NCBI RefSeq assembly: GCF_000284455.1
Contig: NC_017039.1
Coordinates: forward strand, 2,760,001 to 2,792,000
DNA length: 32,000 bases
DNA from: Synechocystis sp. PCC 6803 substr. PCC-P
GTDB lineage: Bacteria > Cyanobacteriota > Cyanobacteriia > Cyanobacteriales > Microcystaceae
Direction: 5' to 3'
In this document: positions 1 through 9,149 of the stretch, piece after piece
Numbering within the stretch: the first letter of the stretch is position 1
How the letters are laid out: every line of letters starts with the position of its first letter
Translations under genes and position numbers: made by a program
Notes under the pieces: generated by a model
Told to the model about the DNA's origin: nothing
The model's input: only the letters and a program-made list of their open reading frames with translations
The model's database searches: none

Positions 1-745
1 TCTGTTTCACCCAGTCCAGATCTTGGTAACGGCTATCTACCCCCACAGCGGCCACCCAATTACTTTCCGCTTCCCCCTGTTGGCCATCTACCCAGAGCAC
101 AGCGGTGAGGGCGGCCCGCATATCCGCAAACATGGGATATTTTTTCACCAGACGACGCATGGTTTGAATGGCTTCGGTTTTTTGTCCCAATTCGTACAAC
201 GCTAGGGCAGTATTGGCCTGGGCAAAGGCAAAATTAGGGGCGATCGCCGTGGCTTGCTGGAAATCTTCCAATGCACTGGTCCAATTCCCTAGACCCCCTT
301 CTGCATTACCCCGATTATTGTAGGCAAAGGCATCTTCCGGGTTAACGGCTAAAACCCGATTATAGTCAGCGATGGCGGCTTTAAATTCCCCTTTAGCTTC
401 CAAGGCAGTGCCCCGGTTGAGGTAAGGATCCGTTTGTTCCGGTGCCAACTCAATGGCCTGGTTAAAATCGGCGATCGCCTCGTCCAATTTGTTTTGGCTA
501 ACCCGGGAATTACCCCGATTGCTCCACACAGCCGGATTCTGGGGAAACTTTTCGATCAATTCCGTCCAATATTTCTCGGCGGTGACAAAATCCCCTGCTT
601 CAGTGGCAGCAAAGGCTTTATCCGTCAGGCTATCTCCCACTTCTAACTGTTCATCGGTAAGGGGAATGGGGCTTTCCGTTGCCCAGACTGGGGAAGGAAA
701 AAACAGCAACAAACCTACCAACACAATGCCCCAGAGGGAGGGCAT
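1..745 (-). CDS. TPR-repeat protein with N-terminal signal peptide (N-terminal part only; C-terminus lies beyond the window start)
   Basis: Absent from the ORF track because it runs off the window. Reverse complement from ATG at 745-743 reads MPSLWGIVLVGLLLFFPSPVWATESPIPLTDEQLEVGDS. TPR-like units follow (AVWSNRGNSRVSQNKLDEAIADFNQAIELAP; PYLNRGTALEAKGEFKAAIADYNRVLAVNP; AFAYNNRGNAEGGLGNWTSALEDFQQATAIAP). The frame was read through in the translated stretches, and the last codon at positions 4-2 is in frame with the ATG at 745. The + strand ORFs 23-205, 434-646 and 453-848 are shadows of it. Confidence 0.8.
   Translation of the reverse strand, partial: MPSLWGIVLVGLLLFFPSPVWATESPIPLTDEQLEVGDSLTDKAFAATEAGDFVTAEKYWTELIEKFPQNPAVWSNRGNSRVSQNKLDEAIADFNQAIELAPEQTDPYLNRGTALEAKGEFKAAIADYNRVLAVNPEDAFAYNNRGNAEGGLGNWTSALEDFQQATAIAPNFAFAQANTALALYELGQKTEAIQTMRRLVKKYPMFADMRAALTAVLWVDGQQGEAESNWVAAVGVDSRYQDLDWVKQ
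240..247. repeat. HIP1 octamer GCGATCGC (first of 23 exact copies counted by eye)
   Basis: Exact copies start at 240, 471, 2130, 3264, 4951, 5125, 9483, 11346, 12791, 13191, 13682, 13943, 14861, 16680, 17056, 19457, 20096, 20704, 21546, 22185, 29852, 30239 and 30610. HIP1 over-representation is a known cyanobacterial hallmark and supports the taxonomic assignment. Confidence 0.85.
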
Positions 746-997
746 AAGCAAAGCAAAATATTTTCGTAGAAGGGAAAGCATTAAAAAAATCTGGAGTTGG
801 GAATGGGATCAACTGGATGCAACTCATTGTAAATTTTCTCCGCGGTAATCTTCAAATTATTGCGCCCCGGTGAACTTGACTTCCGACCGACCGGACGGTA
901 TCTTGAAAGTGTCCAACCAACTGGACGGTTTAATTATTTCCAGGTCTTCTGTCAATTTAAAAAAGAATATTTGCATTATCTGCGGAGGCGAAATTAT

Positions 998-1561
998 ATG
1001 GTTTCTGGAAAAAGGCTTCGTTCCAAGTCCATCCAACCCAGCCAACTACTAACTGCGGCTAATCAAGTCATTGTTAGTCAAGGGGTGGACGCCCTCACCT
1101 TGGATGCGGTGGCTAGTGAAGCAGGGGTGAGCAAAGGCGGATTGTTACACTACTTTCCCACCAAGGAGGCTTTAATTGCGGGCATGGTTCAGCAGGCCCT
1201 AGACAGGTTTGTGGAAACATTGCATCAGGAACTTGCCAATGATCCAGCCCCCGACACCCCAGGGCATTGGGTTAGGGCTTATATTCGAGCCTCAGCGCTA
1301 GACGACCAGGAAAATTATGAACTCCATTTCAATTTGCTGGCCGCAAACTTCACCAATCCTGAATTGTTGGCCCCCATGCGACATTTTTGGCAAGAGTGCC
1401 ATGGGCAGATTATGGCTAGCGGGCTCGATCCGGCCGTAGCAACGGTGATTCGATTAGCTATGGACGGTCTTTGGTTAACCCACTTACACGGTTTTGCTCC
1501 CCTGGAAGACCCCCTGCGCTCCCAGGTCATTGCCACTGCTCTGAAACTGGCCCAGCTATAG
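998..1561 (+). CDS. prqR: TetR-family transcriptional repressor (PrqR-like)
   Basis: ATG at 998 is preceded by GGAGG (985-989). TetR helix-turn-helix signature LTLDAVASEAGVSKGGLLHYFPTKEAL lies near the N-terminus. The 233-aa track ORF from 860 is an upstream over-extension. It sits directly upstream of a MATE exporter, as in the known prqR-prqA pair (name from memory). Confidence 0.85.
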   Translation: MVSGKRLRSKSIQPSQLLTAANQVIVSQGVDALTLDAVASEAGVSKGGLLHYFPTKEALIAGMVQQALDRFVETLHQELANDPAPDTPGHWVRAYIRASALDDQENYELHFNLLAANFTNPELLAPMRHFWQECHGQIMASGLDPAVATVIRLAMDGLWLTHLHGFAPLEDPLRSQVIATALKLAQL

Positions 1562-1694
1562 TTTCCCAATTTTTCATCTTTTGCCGACGTTTGCCAAATG
1601 GTTTCCAGCGCTGGTTGGTGGCTCTAGGGAATATCTTTAGAGAAAATTTGTTTTTTCATATTTAATAACTATTTTAGTTCTTTGGGTCAATGCT

Positions 1695-3080
1695 ATGACA
1701 GATATTTCAATGCGATTTGGCATGCAAGCAGAGGCCCGTGAATTTCTTAAATTAGCAGTGCCCCTGGCCGGTGCTCAAATGGCTCAGGCGGCAACGGGAT
1801 TTGTCGATACGGTCATGATGGGTTGGCTGGGGCAGGATGTGCTGGCGGCGGGGGGATTAGCCACTATGATCTTTATGGCATTTATGATGACTGGGGTGGG
1901 ATTAATCTCCGGGGTCAGCCCCCTAGTGGCAGAGGCCTATGGCGCTGGCCAAACCCGGCGCATTGGGCAATTAACTCGTCAGGGTTTATGGATTGTCCTA
2001 CTGCTATCAATTCCGGGAATGTTGTTCATAACCCACCTCAACGGGGTGATGCATTGGTCTGGCCAGGCTGACACAACCATCATTCTTTCAGATTCCTATT
2101 TGAATGTGATGGCCTGGGGTTTATTTCCGGCGATCGCCTTTGCTACGCTCCGGGGCTGTATTATTGCCCTTTCCCAAGCGCGGCCGATAATGCTGATTGT
2201 GATCGCAGCAACTTTGTTTAATATTCTTGGCAACTATGGGTTGGGATTTGGCAAATGGGGGTTTCCTGCCCTAGGAATTACCGGCTTAGCCATTGCTAGT
2301 ATCAGTGCCCATTGGATTATGTTTCTGTCCTTGCTGGTTTATATGCTTTGGCACAAACCCCTCCATCAATATTCATTGTTCGACTCTCTCCATCATTTGA
2401 AGCCAAGAATTCTGCAACAGTTACTTTGGGTCGGAGGTCCCATCGGTATCGCCGCCGTTTTGGAGTATGGATTATATCTAACCGCTAGCTTTTTTATGGG
2501 GGCATTGGGAACACCGATTTTAGCGGCCCATCAAGTGGTGTCCCAAACTGTGCTTGTTCTGTTTATGGTTCCTCTGGCCATGTCCTACGCGGCCACCGTT
2601 CGGGTCGGGCAATGGTTTGGTCAACAGCATTGGCCACAAATTCGACAGGCGGCCTTGGTGAGTATTGGTTTGGCTGTATTATTCATGCTGACCGCTGGCA
2701 TCGCTTTATTGGCCTATCCCCAGCAAATTATCGGACTATATCTTGACCTTAATGACCCTGCCAATGGGGAGGCTTTAAATGTCGGTATTTCCATTATGAA
2801 GATTGCTGCTTTTGGACTGGTATTGGACGGGTTACAAAGAACAGCCAACGGTGTCTTACAAGGACTACAAGATACCCGCATTCCCATGGTGCTTGGCACG
2901 ATCGCCTATTGGGGCATTGGTTTAACCGCAAGCTATTTACTGGGATTTTATACCCCTCTATCGGGGGCAGGGGTTTGGATCGGAACATACATTGGCCTAG
3001 CGGCGGCCTCTATTGCCTATTTGTGGCGATTCCAGAAGGTTATGGTGCGGAAAAAATCCCTTCCCGTTGCTAGATCTTAA
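1695..3080 (+). CDS. prqA: MATE-family multidrug/toxic-compound efflux transporter (PrqA-like)
   Basis: 461-aa hydrophobic protein with about 12 predicted TM segments in two homologous halves. The N-terminal LAVPLAGAQMAQAATGFVDTVMMGWLG is typical of NorM/MATE. It lies 133 nt downstream of the TetR gene on the same strand. Confidence 0.85.
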   Translation: MTDISMRFGMQAEAREFLKLAVPLAGAQMAQAATGFVDTVMMGWLGQDVLAAGGLATMIFMAFMMTGVGLISGVSPLVAEAYGAGQTRRIGQLTRQGLWIVLLLSIPGMLFITHLNGVMHWSGQADTTIILSDSYLNVMAWGLFPAIAFATLRGCIIALSQARPIMLIVIAATLFNILGNYGLGFGKWGFPALGITGLAIASISAHWIMFLSLLVYMLWHKPLHQYSLFDSLHHLKPRILQQLLWVGGPIGIAAVLEYGLYLTASFFMGALGTPILAAHQVVSQTVLVLFMVPLAMSYAATVRVGQWFGQQHWPQIRQAALVSIGLAVLFMLTAGIALLAYPQQIIGLYLDLNDPANGEALNVGISIMKIAAFGLVLDGLQRTANGVLQGLQDTRIPMVLGTIAYWGIGLTASYLLGFYTPLSGAGVWIGTYIGLAAASIAYLWRFQKVMVRKKSLPVARS

Positions 3081-3381
3081 TCCATAATTGCCATGTAATT
3101 TTGGCATTAAGTTAAAGCTATTGAATGTCTTTTCAGCCAAATATTCAACTTGATCAAACTAATAATTGGGGAGACTAAATGCAACTAATTGTAAATTTTC
3201 TCTGGGGAAATATTCCCATTACTGTCTGCCAACAAGGAACAACTTAGGAGTATTTACCTATAGGCGATCGCCAACGAGGGGGGAGGATGGCAATGACCAG
3301 TAAAAAACCCTCCACTTGAAGGGTTTAGGTTTCCAGAAATTGTTGCTTAAGTTATAAAAGTTCCCTTTAACGCTCCTCCCT

Positions 3382-6300
3382 ATGAATAGCATCCTTTCCC
3401 CCATTACCGTAGCGGTGGGCGGCTCCCTCTGGTGGAATGGCTTCACCGCTGATTTCACCATCACCAACACTTCTACCACTAGCCTCAGCAATTGGACTTA
3501 CACCTTCGACACTGTCCACAAAATTTCCGGTAATCCCTGGGGCGCAACTTTTACCAGCGTGGATTTGGGCAATGGCATCACCCGCTACACATTAACTGGG
3601 GCTGGTTGGGCATCGAGTATTCCCCCCGGTGGTTCCGTCACCATTGGTTTTAATGGTACCCAGGGAACGGCGATCGGTAATAGCGGCTCTTTGACTTCTG
3701 CTTTATTATTCACCGACGTTAATGCCAATACTGGGGGGACTGGGGGAGAACATCAGCATCCAGATCCTATTCCTCCCACGGATCCAGTCGTAGATCCCAC
3801 TCCTAACCCCGGCACTGGTAGAGTATTTGCTGCCAATCCTGCGGCCGCCGATATTGTCGGTTTCAATCCCGCTGTGGATAGGTTGGATTTTGGCGATGTG
3901 TCGGTGCATAACCTCATCCTTGGTAAAACCAGCACCGGGAAAGTGGCCATCATTAATCCCTGGGCTTGGACTCCTGAGTTTCAGATTATCCGGGGAGTTA
4001 GCTTTGATGATTTGACAGCGGCCAATTTTGGCATTGTGCAGAACGAGCATCTGCGGCAGGACATTGGCGGAGTCCTCAGTTGGGAATTAGGTTTAGGGGC
4101 AAGAAATAGTAATACGGTTTATGTCCGTTCCCATGAGTATGGGGTGCAGGAACGGATCGAGAATTTTAACCCCGCCACCATGAAGTTGAGCTTTCTCTAC
4201 TACGGCACTAGGGAAAGATTAACCGTTAGCGATACGCCGGAGGGTTTATTAATTGCCACCCAACCCACGGGACAAACTTTGTTGCTGGTGGGGGTAACCC
4301 GCAGTCAACTCATTCCGGCTAATTTGGAATTTCACCATGACCAGGTGGTGGAAGACCGCTTAGAAGATGCCTTTGGGGTCACTGTCGAGCAAGTTACCGT
4401 TGTTAGTCGCACTGGTTTAGCCACTCCCCAGGGGCCAGCGGGACAAATTACCGATGGTCATCAGAGCAGGCCCGGTAATGGTTTAACTCCCATTGGTGGT
4501 GGGGAATTTAGCGGCGGTGCTGGGGGTCATGGTAGTGGCCATGATCACGGTGACCATGACCATGGCGGCGGTATGGACCACGGTTCTGATCCCGGTGATG
4601 GCATGGGGGGAGGCACTACCAATCCTCCGGTCACCGATCCAGTCACGCCCCCACCCACCGATCCTGTTTCTCCCACTAGTCCTTTCACTGTCACGGTGGG
4701 AGGTAATCGTTGGTGGAATGGCTTTACGGCGGAGTTGACTGTAACTAACGTTTCGGGAACTAAGCTTAATAGCTGGAGCTTTACCTTTGATACGGTGCAT
4801 AAAATTTCCGGTAGCCCCTGGGGAGCCACTGTCCAAAGTACAGATTTAGGAGGAGGCATTACCCGTTATGTGGTCACCGGCAGTGAATGGGCCGCTTCCA
4901 TTGCCCCTGGCAGTTCGGTCAAAGTTGGCTTTAACGGTACCCAAGGAACGGCGATCGCCAACGACGGGGCCTTAACCGCAGATTTACTCTTTCTCGGTGG
5001 CGGTATAGTTGGTCAACCCAGCACTGGCTCTGGTGGTAATACTGGAGGAACTCCCACTAATCCCAATCCCCCCACTGACCCCATTAATCCTAACCCCAAT
5101 CCTGTTGATCCCGTCGATCCCCCGGCGATCGCCAATGGGGACCATAATTACGGCGAAGCGTTGCAAAAATCTTTCCTGTTTTACGAAGCCAACCGTTCTG
5201 GAGACTTAGACGAATCCACTAAACGCATTGACTGGCGGGGAGATTCCGGGTTAAGGGATGGCCGGGATGGCATTTATTTTGGTGGACAAAGTAGCGGTAA
5301 TTTACAAGCAGGTTTAAGCCTGGATTTAACCGGTGGTTATCATGATGCGGGGGACCACGGCAAATTTGGCTTACCCCTTGCTTCCACATTAACCACCCTG
5401 GCCTGGGGCGGCGTGGAATTTACGGACGGTTACCAAACCAGTGGCCAAATGGATGATCTCCTTGCAACCATACGGTGGGGGACGGACTATCTACTCAAAG
5501 CTCACGTTACCAACGCCAATGGAGAGACAGTATTTTTTGTCGCCCAGGTGGGTAACGCTTCAGCAGATCATTCCCTCTGGAGTGCCCCGGAAAGCCAAAC
5601 CATTGCCCGGCCAGCCATGGCGGTTACTGCTAATAAACCTGGTTCCGATGTGGCGGCGGGTTCAGCGGCGGCCCTGGCGGCGGCTTCTATTCTGTTCCGA
5701 GAAGCGGGGGATTTTGCCTATGCGGATGAATTGTTAGTCAATGCCCAATCTTTATATCGATTTGCGGACACCTACCGGGGTAAATATTCCGACTCTATTC
5801 CCGAAGTGCGGAACTATTACAACTCCTGGAGTGGCTATGAAGATGAGTTGGCCTATGGGGCAGCGTGGTTGTCCCGGGCGGTTAATAGTGCAGGGGGGGA
5901 TGGTTCTGCCTATCTGCAAAAGGCATTGAACATTTACAACAGTGACATTGGGGGATTGAGTCGGGGTTGGACCCACAATTGGGACGATGCCTCCTATGGT
6001 GTGGCGGTAATATTAGCCCAAGACACCGGTAATCAAGCGATTAAACAAGATGTGACCCGCTGGCTAGATGCTTGGGTCAATGGCACCGATGGGGTGCAAA
6101 TCACTGACGGCGGTTTGCGGTTTATTAGCCAATGGGGTTCCCTACGCTACGCGGCCAATACGGCAATGCTGGCAGCGGTCTATTCCGACGGCTTAACCGA
6201 TCCCACTGGTAAGTATGCCCAGTTAGCCCAGGACACAGTGGACTATATTTTAGGCAGTAATCCCCGCAATGCTAGCTATATGGTGGGTTACGGCAATGAT

Positions 6301-6594
6301 TTTCCCCAACAGCCCCACCATCGGGCAGCTTCGGGAGTGGGCTGGGACGGTTTCCGCAACGGCTTGCCCAATGAGCATATTTTGTTCGGTGCTTTGGTGG
6401 GCGGTCCCACTGCGGCCAATGACTTTAGTTATAACGACTCCCGGGATGACTACATCAGCAACGAAGTGGCCATTGATTACAATGCAGGCTTAACGGGAGC
6501 ATTGGCTTGGTCGGTGGAACAGTTTGGGGGTAATCCCCTCACGGCGGCCCAGTTGAATGCTTTACCTGGTATTTCAGCGCCCCAAGGGATGTAG
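3382..6594 (+). CDS. Modular glycoside hydrolase family 9 endoglucanase: CBM2-like module, unknown ~250-aa domain, His/Gly-rich segment, second CBM2-like module, GH9 catalytic domain
   Basis: GH9 signatures are DLTGGYHDAGDHGKFGLP, SYMVGYGNDFPQQPHHRAASG and DDYISNEVAIDYNAGLTGALA. There are two copies of a ~100-aa module (WWNGFTADFTITNTS...GFNGTQGTAIGN and WWNGFTAELTVTNVS...GFNGTQGTAIAN). Pro/Thr linkers and GHGSGHDHGDHDHGGGMDHGSD are present. An in-frame TAA at 3355-3357 prevents extension upstream. Confidence 0.9.
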   Translation: MNSILSPITVAVGGSLWWNGFTADFTITNTSTTSLSNWTYTFDTVHKISGNPWGATFTSVDLGNGITRYTLTGAGWASSIPPGGSVTIGFNGTQGTAIGNSGSLTSALLFTDVNANTGGTGGEHQHPDPIPPTDPVVDPTPNPGTGRVFAANPAAADIVGFNPAVDRLDFGDVSVHNLILGKTSTGKVAIINPWAWTPEFQIIRGVSFDDLTAANFGIVQNEHLRQDIGGVLSWELGLGARNSNTVYVRSHEYGVQERIENFNPATMKLSFLYYGTRERLTVSDTPEGLLIATQPTGQTLLLVGVTRSQLIPANLEFHHDQVVEDRLEDAFGVTVEQVTVVSRTGLATPQGPAGQITDGHQSRPGNGLTPIGGGEFSGGAGGHGSGHDHGDHDHGGGMDHGSDPGDGMGGGTTNPPVTDPVTPPPTDPVSPTSPFTVTVGGNRWWNGFTAELTVTNVSGTKLNSWSFTFDTVHKISGSPWGATVQSTDLGGGITRYVVTGSEWAASIAPGSSVKVGFNGTQGTAIANDGALTADLLFLGGGIVGQPSTGSGGNTGGTPTNPNPPTDPINPNPNPVDPVDPPAIANGDHNYGEALQKSFLFYEANRSGDLDESTKRIDWRGDSGLRDGRDGIYFGGQSSGNLQAGLSLDLTGGYHDAGDHGKFGLPLASTLTTLAWGGVEFTDGYQTSGQMDDLLATIRWGTDYLLKAHVTNANGETVFFVAQVGNASADHSLWSAPESQTIARPAMAVTANKPGSDVAAGSAAALAAASILFREAGDFAYADELLVNAQSLYRFADTYRGKYSDSIPEVRNYYNSWSGYEDELAYGAAWLSRAVNSAGGDGSAYLQKALNIYNSDIGGLSRGWTHNWDDASYGVAVILAQDTGNQAIKQDVTRWLDAWVNGTDGVQITDGGLRFISQWGSLRYAANTAMLAAVYSDGLTDPTGKYAQLAQDTVDYILGSNPRNASYMVGYGNDFPQQPHHRAASGVGWDGFRNGLPNEHILFGALVGGPTAANDFSYNDSRDDYISNEVAIDYNAGLTGALAWSVEQFGGNPLTAAQLNALPGISAPQGM

Positions 6595-6838
6595 GAAAAC
6601 AAGCTCAGAATGCTGCGGGGAGAAGGGCAACTCCCCACCAGCCCCAAATTTTTGCTGGCGATAAATATTTTTCGGTTTAATTGTTCACAAAGCTTTTTGA
6701 ATTTGAGTTTATAGAAATTTATTGGCTGGTAATGCTTTTTTGCCCCCCTGCAGGACTTCATTGATCCTTGCCTATACCATCAATATCATTGGTCAATAAT
6801 GATGATGATTGACTAAAACATGTTTAACAAAATTTAAC

Positions 6839-6868
6839 GCATATGCTAAATGCGTAAACTGCATATGC
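6839..6868 (+). promoter_or_regulatory. Two identical 8-bp palindromes GCATATGC spaced 22 bp apart; candidate LysR-type (NtcB-like) activator site upstream of the nirA NtcA box
   Basis: GCATATGC occurs at 6839-6846 and 6861-6868, centred about 44 and 22 bp upstream of the NtcA box centre. The position fits LysR-type sites known at cyanobacterial nirA promoters. Assignment is inference only. Confidence 0.3.
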
Positions 6869-6879
6869 CTTGGCTGAGT

Positions 6880-6893
6880 GTAATTTACGTTAC
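6880..6893 (+). promoter_or_regulatory. NtcA binding site (GTA-N8-TAC) of the nirA promoter
   Basis: Exact consensus GTAATTTACGTTAC. A TAN3T-type -10 box (TATATT, 6917-6922) starts 23 nt downstream of it. It lies 60 nt upstream of the nirA start, the classic class II NtcA-activated geometry. Confidence 0.75.
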
Positions 6894-6916
6894 AAATTTT
6901 AACGAAACGGGAACCC

Positions 6917-6922
6917 TATATT
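6917..6922 (+). promoter_or_regulatory. -10 box (TATATT) of the NtcA-dependent nirA promoter
   Basis: TAN3T hexamer at the expected distance from the NtcA box. No -35 hexamer is present, as expected for NtcA-activated promoters. Confidence 0.55.
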
Positions 6923-6952
6923 GATCTCTACTGTTATCTGGCTTGAAGCGTT

Positions 6953-8461
6953 GTGGCTAATAAATTTGAGACCGTTAAGGCAACCAAAGATGGTTTGGCT
7001 GTCCGGGCTGAGTTGGAACATTTTGCCCAGATTGGTTGGGAAAATATCCCCGAAGAGGACCGGGATCTGCGCTTGAAGTGGTTAGGCATTTTTTTCCGCC
7101 CTGTCACCCCCGGCGAGTTTATGCTCCGTTTTCGTATTCCCCACGGCTTGCTCACCAGTCAGCAATTACAGGTCATTGGCGACATTATTAACCGCTACGG
7201 CGATCGGGGCAATGGGGACATCACCACCAGGCAAAATTTGCAGGTCCGGGGCATCAAAATTGAAGATATTCCCGATATTTTTAGCAAGCTGGAAAGCTGT
7301 GGTCTAACCTCGGTCCAGTCCGGCATGGATAATGTCCGTAACATCACAGGCTCTCCGGTGGCAGGGTTGGAAAAAGATGAATTGATTGATACCAGAGACC
7401 TGGTGCAAGGGGTACAGGACATGATCACCAATGGTGGTCGGGGCAATCCGGAATTCACCAACTTGCCCAGGAAGTTTAACATTGCCATCGAAGGAAGCCG
7501 GGATAATTCTGTCCACGCAGAAATTAACGACGTGGCTTTTGTCCCAGCCTATCGGGAGGGAATTCTCGGTTTTAACGTAGTGGTGGGGGGCTTTTTCTCT
7601 TCCCGTCGTTGTGAAGCCGCTATTCCCCTCGATGCTTGGGTGCAACCGGATCAGCAGGTGGTGGATTTATGCCGTTCTATCTTGGAAATTTACCGTGACC
7701 ATGGTCTGCGGGCTAACCGTCAAAAGTCCCGCCTAATGTGGCTAATTGATGAATGGGGGGTGGCTAAATTCCGGGAAGAAGTGGCCGCTAAGTTGCCTTT
7801 CCCTCTGTTAACAGCGGCTCCTAAGGACGAATTAGATTGGGATAAGCGAGATCATTTAGGGGTTCATCCCCAGAAACAAGCCGGGTTAAATTACGTGGGT
7901 CTCCATGTGCCGGTGGGCCGTCTCTATGCCAATGACTTTTTTGAACTCTCCCGTTTAGCAGATACCTATGGAAGTGGGGAAGTGCGGCTGACGGTGGAAC
8001 AGAATTTAATTTTGGTCAATGTCCCTGACGAAAAACTGGAGGCTTTGTTGGCGGAACCGTTATTAACTAAGTTTCGAGTTGACCCCCACAATCTGCAACG
8101 GTCAGTGGTGTCCTGTACGGGGGCGCAGTTTTGCAAGTTTGCCTTGATTGAAACAAAAAATCGAGCTTTGGCCATGGTGGCGGCTTTGGAAAAAGAGTTG
8201 ACGGTGCCTAAGCCCGTGCGGATCCACTGGACTGGATGTCCCAATTCCTGTGGCCAACCCCAGGTGGCGGACATTGGCCTGATGGGAACCAAAGTGCGGA
8301 AAGATGGCAAAACAGTGGATGGTGCCGATGTTTATCTGGGGGGAAAAGTGGGTAAGGATGCCCATTTGGGTACCTGTGTCCATAAGAGTATTCCCTGTGA
8401 TGAACTGCAGCCTTTGTTAGCTCAGATTTTGATTGAACAATTTGGCGCTGTGCGGCGTTGA
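6953..8461 (+). CDS. nirA: Ferredoxin-nitrite reductase
   Basis: 502 aa with a GTG start. Siroheme/4Fe-4S cysteine cluster motifs are SCTGAQFCKFALIETK and HWTGCPNSCGQPQVADIGLMG. An NtcA promoter lies upstream. Confidence 0.93.
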   Translation: MANKFETVKATKDGLAVRAELEHFAQIGWENIPEEDRDLRLKWLGIFFRPVTPGEFMLRFRIPHGLLTSQQLQVIGDIINRYGDRGNGDITTRQNLQVRGIKIEDIPDIFSKLESCGLTSVQSGMDNVRNITGSPVAGLEKDELIDTRDLVQGVQDMITNGGRGNPEFTNLPRKFNIAIEGSRDNSVHAEINDVAFVPAYREGILGFNVVVGGFFSSRRCEAAIPLDAWVQPDQQVVDLCRSILEIYRDHGLRANRQKSRLMWLIDEWGVAKFREEVAAKLPFPLLTAAPKDELDWDKRDHLGVHPQKQAGLNYVGLHVPVGRLYANDFFELSRLADTYGSGEVRLTVEQNLILVNVPDEKLEALLAEPLLTKFRVDPHNLQRSVVSCTGAQFCKFALIETKNRALAMVAALEKELTVPKPVRIHWTGCPNSCGQPQVADIGLMGTKVRKDGKTVDGADVYLGGKVGKDAHLGTCVHKSIPCDELQPLLAQILIEQFGAVRR

Positions 8462-8684
8462 TTTTAGGGTTCTAGTCCTAGTCCGCTTCCCCATCGTTAA
8501 TGTCCCCAGATTTATCAGCTGTAATACCCTGTGGGAGTTTTCCCGTGGGAATCCCATGGCTTTGAACTCTGCTGGGCGGCAATGGTTCGTGGATAGGTAG
8601 GTAACTTACTCACCGAAAAAATAATTCCATTGAACTGAAATTATTGGATCACATTTAATTACAACTAATCACAAGGAGAAACCC

Positions 8685-9134
8685 ATGGCTGGCACTGAAA
8701 TTTCCGCTATCACGACAAAACTGCTGGAAGCAAAAAAAGCAAAGGGAATCACGTTTGCTGATTTAGAACAATTGCTCGGACGGGATGAAGTCTGGATTGC
8801 TGCTGTGATTTATCGACAGGCCAGCGCCTCCGTTGATGAGGCGGAGAAACTTCTTCACTGCCTTGGCTTGAGCGATGATCTTGTGCCCGAACTGACTGCT
8901 CCTTCGGTTAAGGGTTTGGGGCCGGTTGTGCCCACAGATCCCCTCATTTATCGCTTTTATGAGATCATGCAGGTCTACGGTATGCCCATGAAGGAAGTAA
9001 TCCATGAGAAATTTGGGGACGGTATCATGAGTGCCATCGACTTCACCTTAGACATTGAGAAGGAAGCAGACCCTAAAGGCGATCGGGTTAAAGTAACGAT
9101 GAATGGTAAGTTTTTACCCTACAAGAAATGGTAA
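8685..9134 (+). CDS. cynS: Cyanase (cyanate hydratase)
   Basis: 149 aa. AAGGAG lies 7 nt upstream of the ATG. The sequence [28 protein letters not shown]...FLPYKKW has the CynS length and pattern. Confidence 0.9.
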   Translation: MAGTEISAITTKLLEAKKAKGITFADLEQLLGRDEVWIAAVIYRQASASVDEAEKLLHCLGLSDDLVPELTAPSVKGLGPVVPTDPLIYRFYEIMQVYGMPMKEVIHEKFGDGIMSAIDFTLDIEKEADPKGDRVKVTMNGKFLPYKKW

Positions 9135-9149
9135 TGGGGGACCACCGAA

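Noticed and set aside
860-997. Upstream 46 codons of the 233-aa ORF containing prqR, and the overlapping 60-aa ORF 870-1052
   Set aside because: No TetR homology before the Met at 998, which has a GGAGG ribosome-binding site. The upstream part covers the intergenic direct repeats.
3706-5166. Multiple 60-117-aa ORFs antisense to or out of frame with the GH9 gene (e.g. 3706-4050, 4483-4836, 4545-4859); similar ones lie inside psbB (17422-18804) and nirA (7195-8383)
   Set aside because: They are entirely nested in strongly supported genes, have Pro/Gly/Ser-rich or otherwise unnatural composition, and are typical shadow ORFs.
8597-8609. NtcA-like sequence GTAGGTAACTTAC upstream of cynS
   Set aside because: The spacing is GTA-N7-TAC, not N8. 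The overlapping GTA-N8 readings end in ACT or ACC. No properly placed -10 box was identified, so I do not call an NtcA site here.
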